Positions 54,746 through 55,586 of a DNA stretch of 55,586 bases are shown in pieces. The notes beneath the pieces are model-generated. The model was not told the DNA's origin. It did no database searches and saw only the letters and a program-made list of their open reading frames with translations. The translations under genes and the position numbers were made by a program. The DNA is taken from IMG/VR virus record IMGVR_UViG_3300048838_000528, positions 1 to 55,586 of that record, one strand, 5' to 3'. This stretch comes from a virus. Lineage: Duplodnaviria; Caudoviricetes. Each line of letters opens with the position of its first letter. Position 1 is the first letter of the stretch.

Positions 54746-54782
54746 TTTTCCTTTTTTTCTCCATTCCCCCACTACCAACTTT

Positions 54783-54811
54783 ATTATACCACACATAACA
54801 CAACTTGTCAA
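54783..54811 (-). promoter_or_regulatory. sigma-A-type promoter, first of the minus arm
   Basis: minus-strand TTGACA-17-TATAAT with TG extension. Confidence 0.88.
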
Positions 54812-54955
54812 GCCATACGGTTTAGCACCACATCATGTTATCAAAGGCAATTAAATGGTGCAAAATCAAACTCATTATATTTATGGCAAATGCGAATAAA
54901 ATAAAAAATATGCAATTGCCGTCATCACATACAAACCATATCGTGCCATTTTAGC

Positions 54956-55520
54956 CCGTTTAAGACCGTTTTATTTTCAATGCGAATATTTTATCACGAA
55001 ATACATCAAAACATGTTACAAGACCTATTACGTGCCTTAAAACGCATATCAACATTCCACAACAAAACAAACCTTGTGTGTGCGTGTGTGTATGTGCGGT
55101 TTGTTTTTCCCTGCCCACTCCCTATGCAGAAAACAACATCAACCCTACGGGGGGGATGCTTTAGTATAGTAAAGCGTTACACTATTAAACCATTACAACG
55201 TTATCATATCAACGTATTATCTGAATACATTCTACTATCGGTAGAATTACACTATTTATAATATATATAAAGTCTACTATTGGTAGATACGATATAATAG
55301 CACTCTACCTGAACGACTGCCAAGCACTCACGATGTAAGACTGCTAAAATGAAAGTCTTTCATGTAACTATCATGATGTTTCATGTAAAATATAATATAT
55401 ATAAATAAACACTACCATTGTATACTATGTAATATATAGCATGCGTAAAACATGCTTAAAATCGGTTTTAAAGCGTTTTTAATCTTCCATGATAATTATT
55501 ATGCACTATGTAATAAAAAT
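54956..55520. repeat. two copies of a degenerate 60-90 bp element; third copy inverted at 54-142
   Basis: shared pattern c(c/g)gttt..a...c.tttt...tat(t/c)a...aaaa. Confidence 0.55.
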
Positions 55521-55586
55521 AGCATACACGAGAAATCAATATATATACTAAACATATGTAATAATAATTATGTAAATACTTACTAT

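Larger units (their letters stand above)
1..55586. mobile_element. Near-complete tailed bacteriophage genome, probably lytic or non-integrating
   Basis: Terminase-portal-protease-capsid-neck-tail module on -, replication and recombination module on +, no host housekeeping genes, no integrase, non-coding ends. Confidence 0.95.

Noticed and set aside
54980-55261. 93-aa plus-strand ORF
   Set aside because: No RBS and it overlaps repeat and low-complexity terminal sequence
1-55586. Genetic code 4 (TGA = Trp)
   Set aside because: Long genes are intact in code 11 and many end in ATGA overlaps

Overview
The window looks like a near-complete, AT-rich tailed-phage (Caudoviricetes) genome in standard genetic code, with two convergent arms. 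The + arm (about 190-31410) carries many small early genes behind consensus sigma-A-type promoters. It continues with an ASCH protein, a DNA methyltransferase, YopX, a replication initiator, a helicase-loader-like protein, SSB, RtcB, a Rad50/SMC-like ATPase, an Spx-like protein, a metallophosphoesterase, a GT2 glycosyltransferase, a sigma factor, RecT, an MBL hydrolase, a PD-(D/E)xK nuclease and a RuvC-like protein. The - arm (about 54800-31423) carries the terminases, portal, DUF2213-type protease, capsid, neck genes, a very reduced tail, a fibre protein and membrane proteins. I see no integrase, endolysin, full-length tape measure, sheath, tRNA or CRISPR array. The missing lysin and the reduced tail suggest, by inference only, a wall-less Mollicutes-like (Acholeplasma/Izemoplasma-type) host. 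The most striking unexplained signals are five. (1) A promoter-to-terminator, ORF-less RNA of about 230 nt with an H-type pseudoknot and anti-Shine-Dalgarno segments. (2) Early genes individually enclosed by 20-22 bp inverted repeats. (3) A hairpin-stimulated -1 frameshift that adds an Ig domain to the capsid. (4) A miniature tail and a lysin-less lysis module. (5) A CxxC-less Spx mimic. All family calls come from motif recognition by eye, not from database searches.
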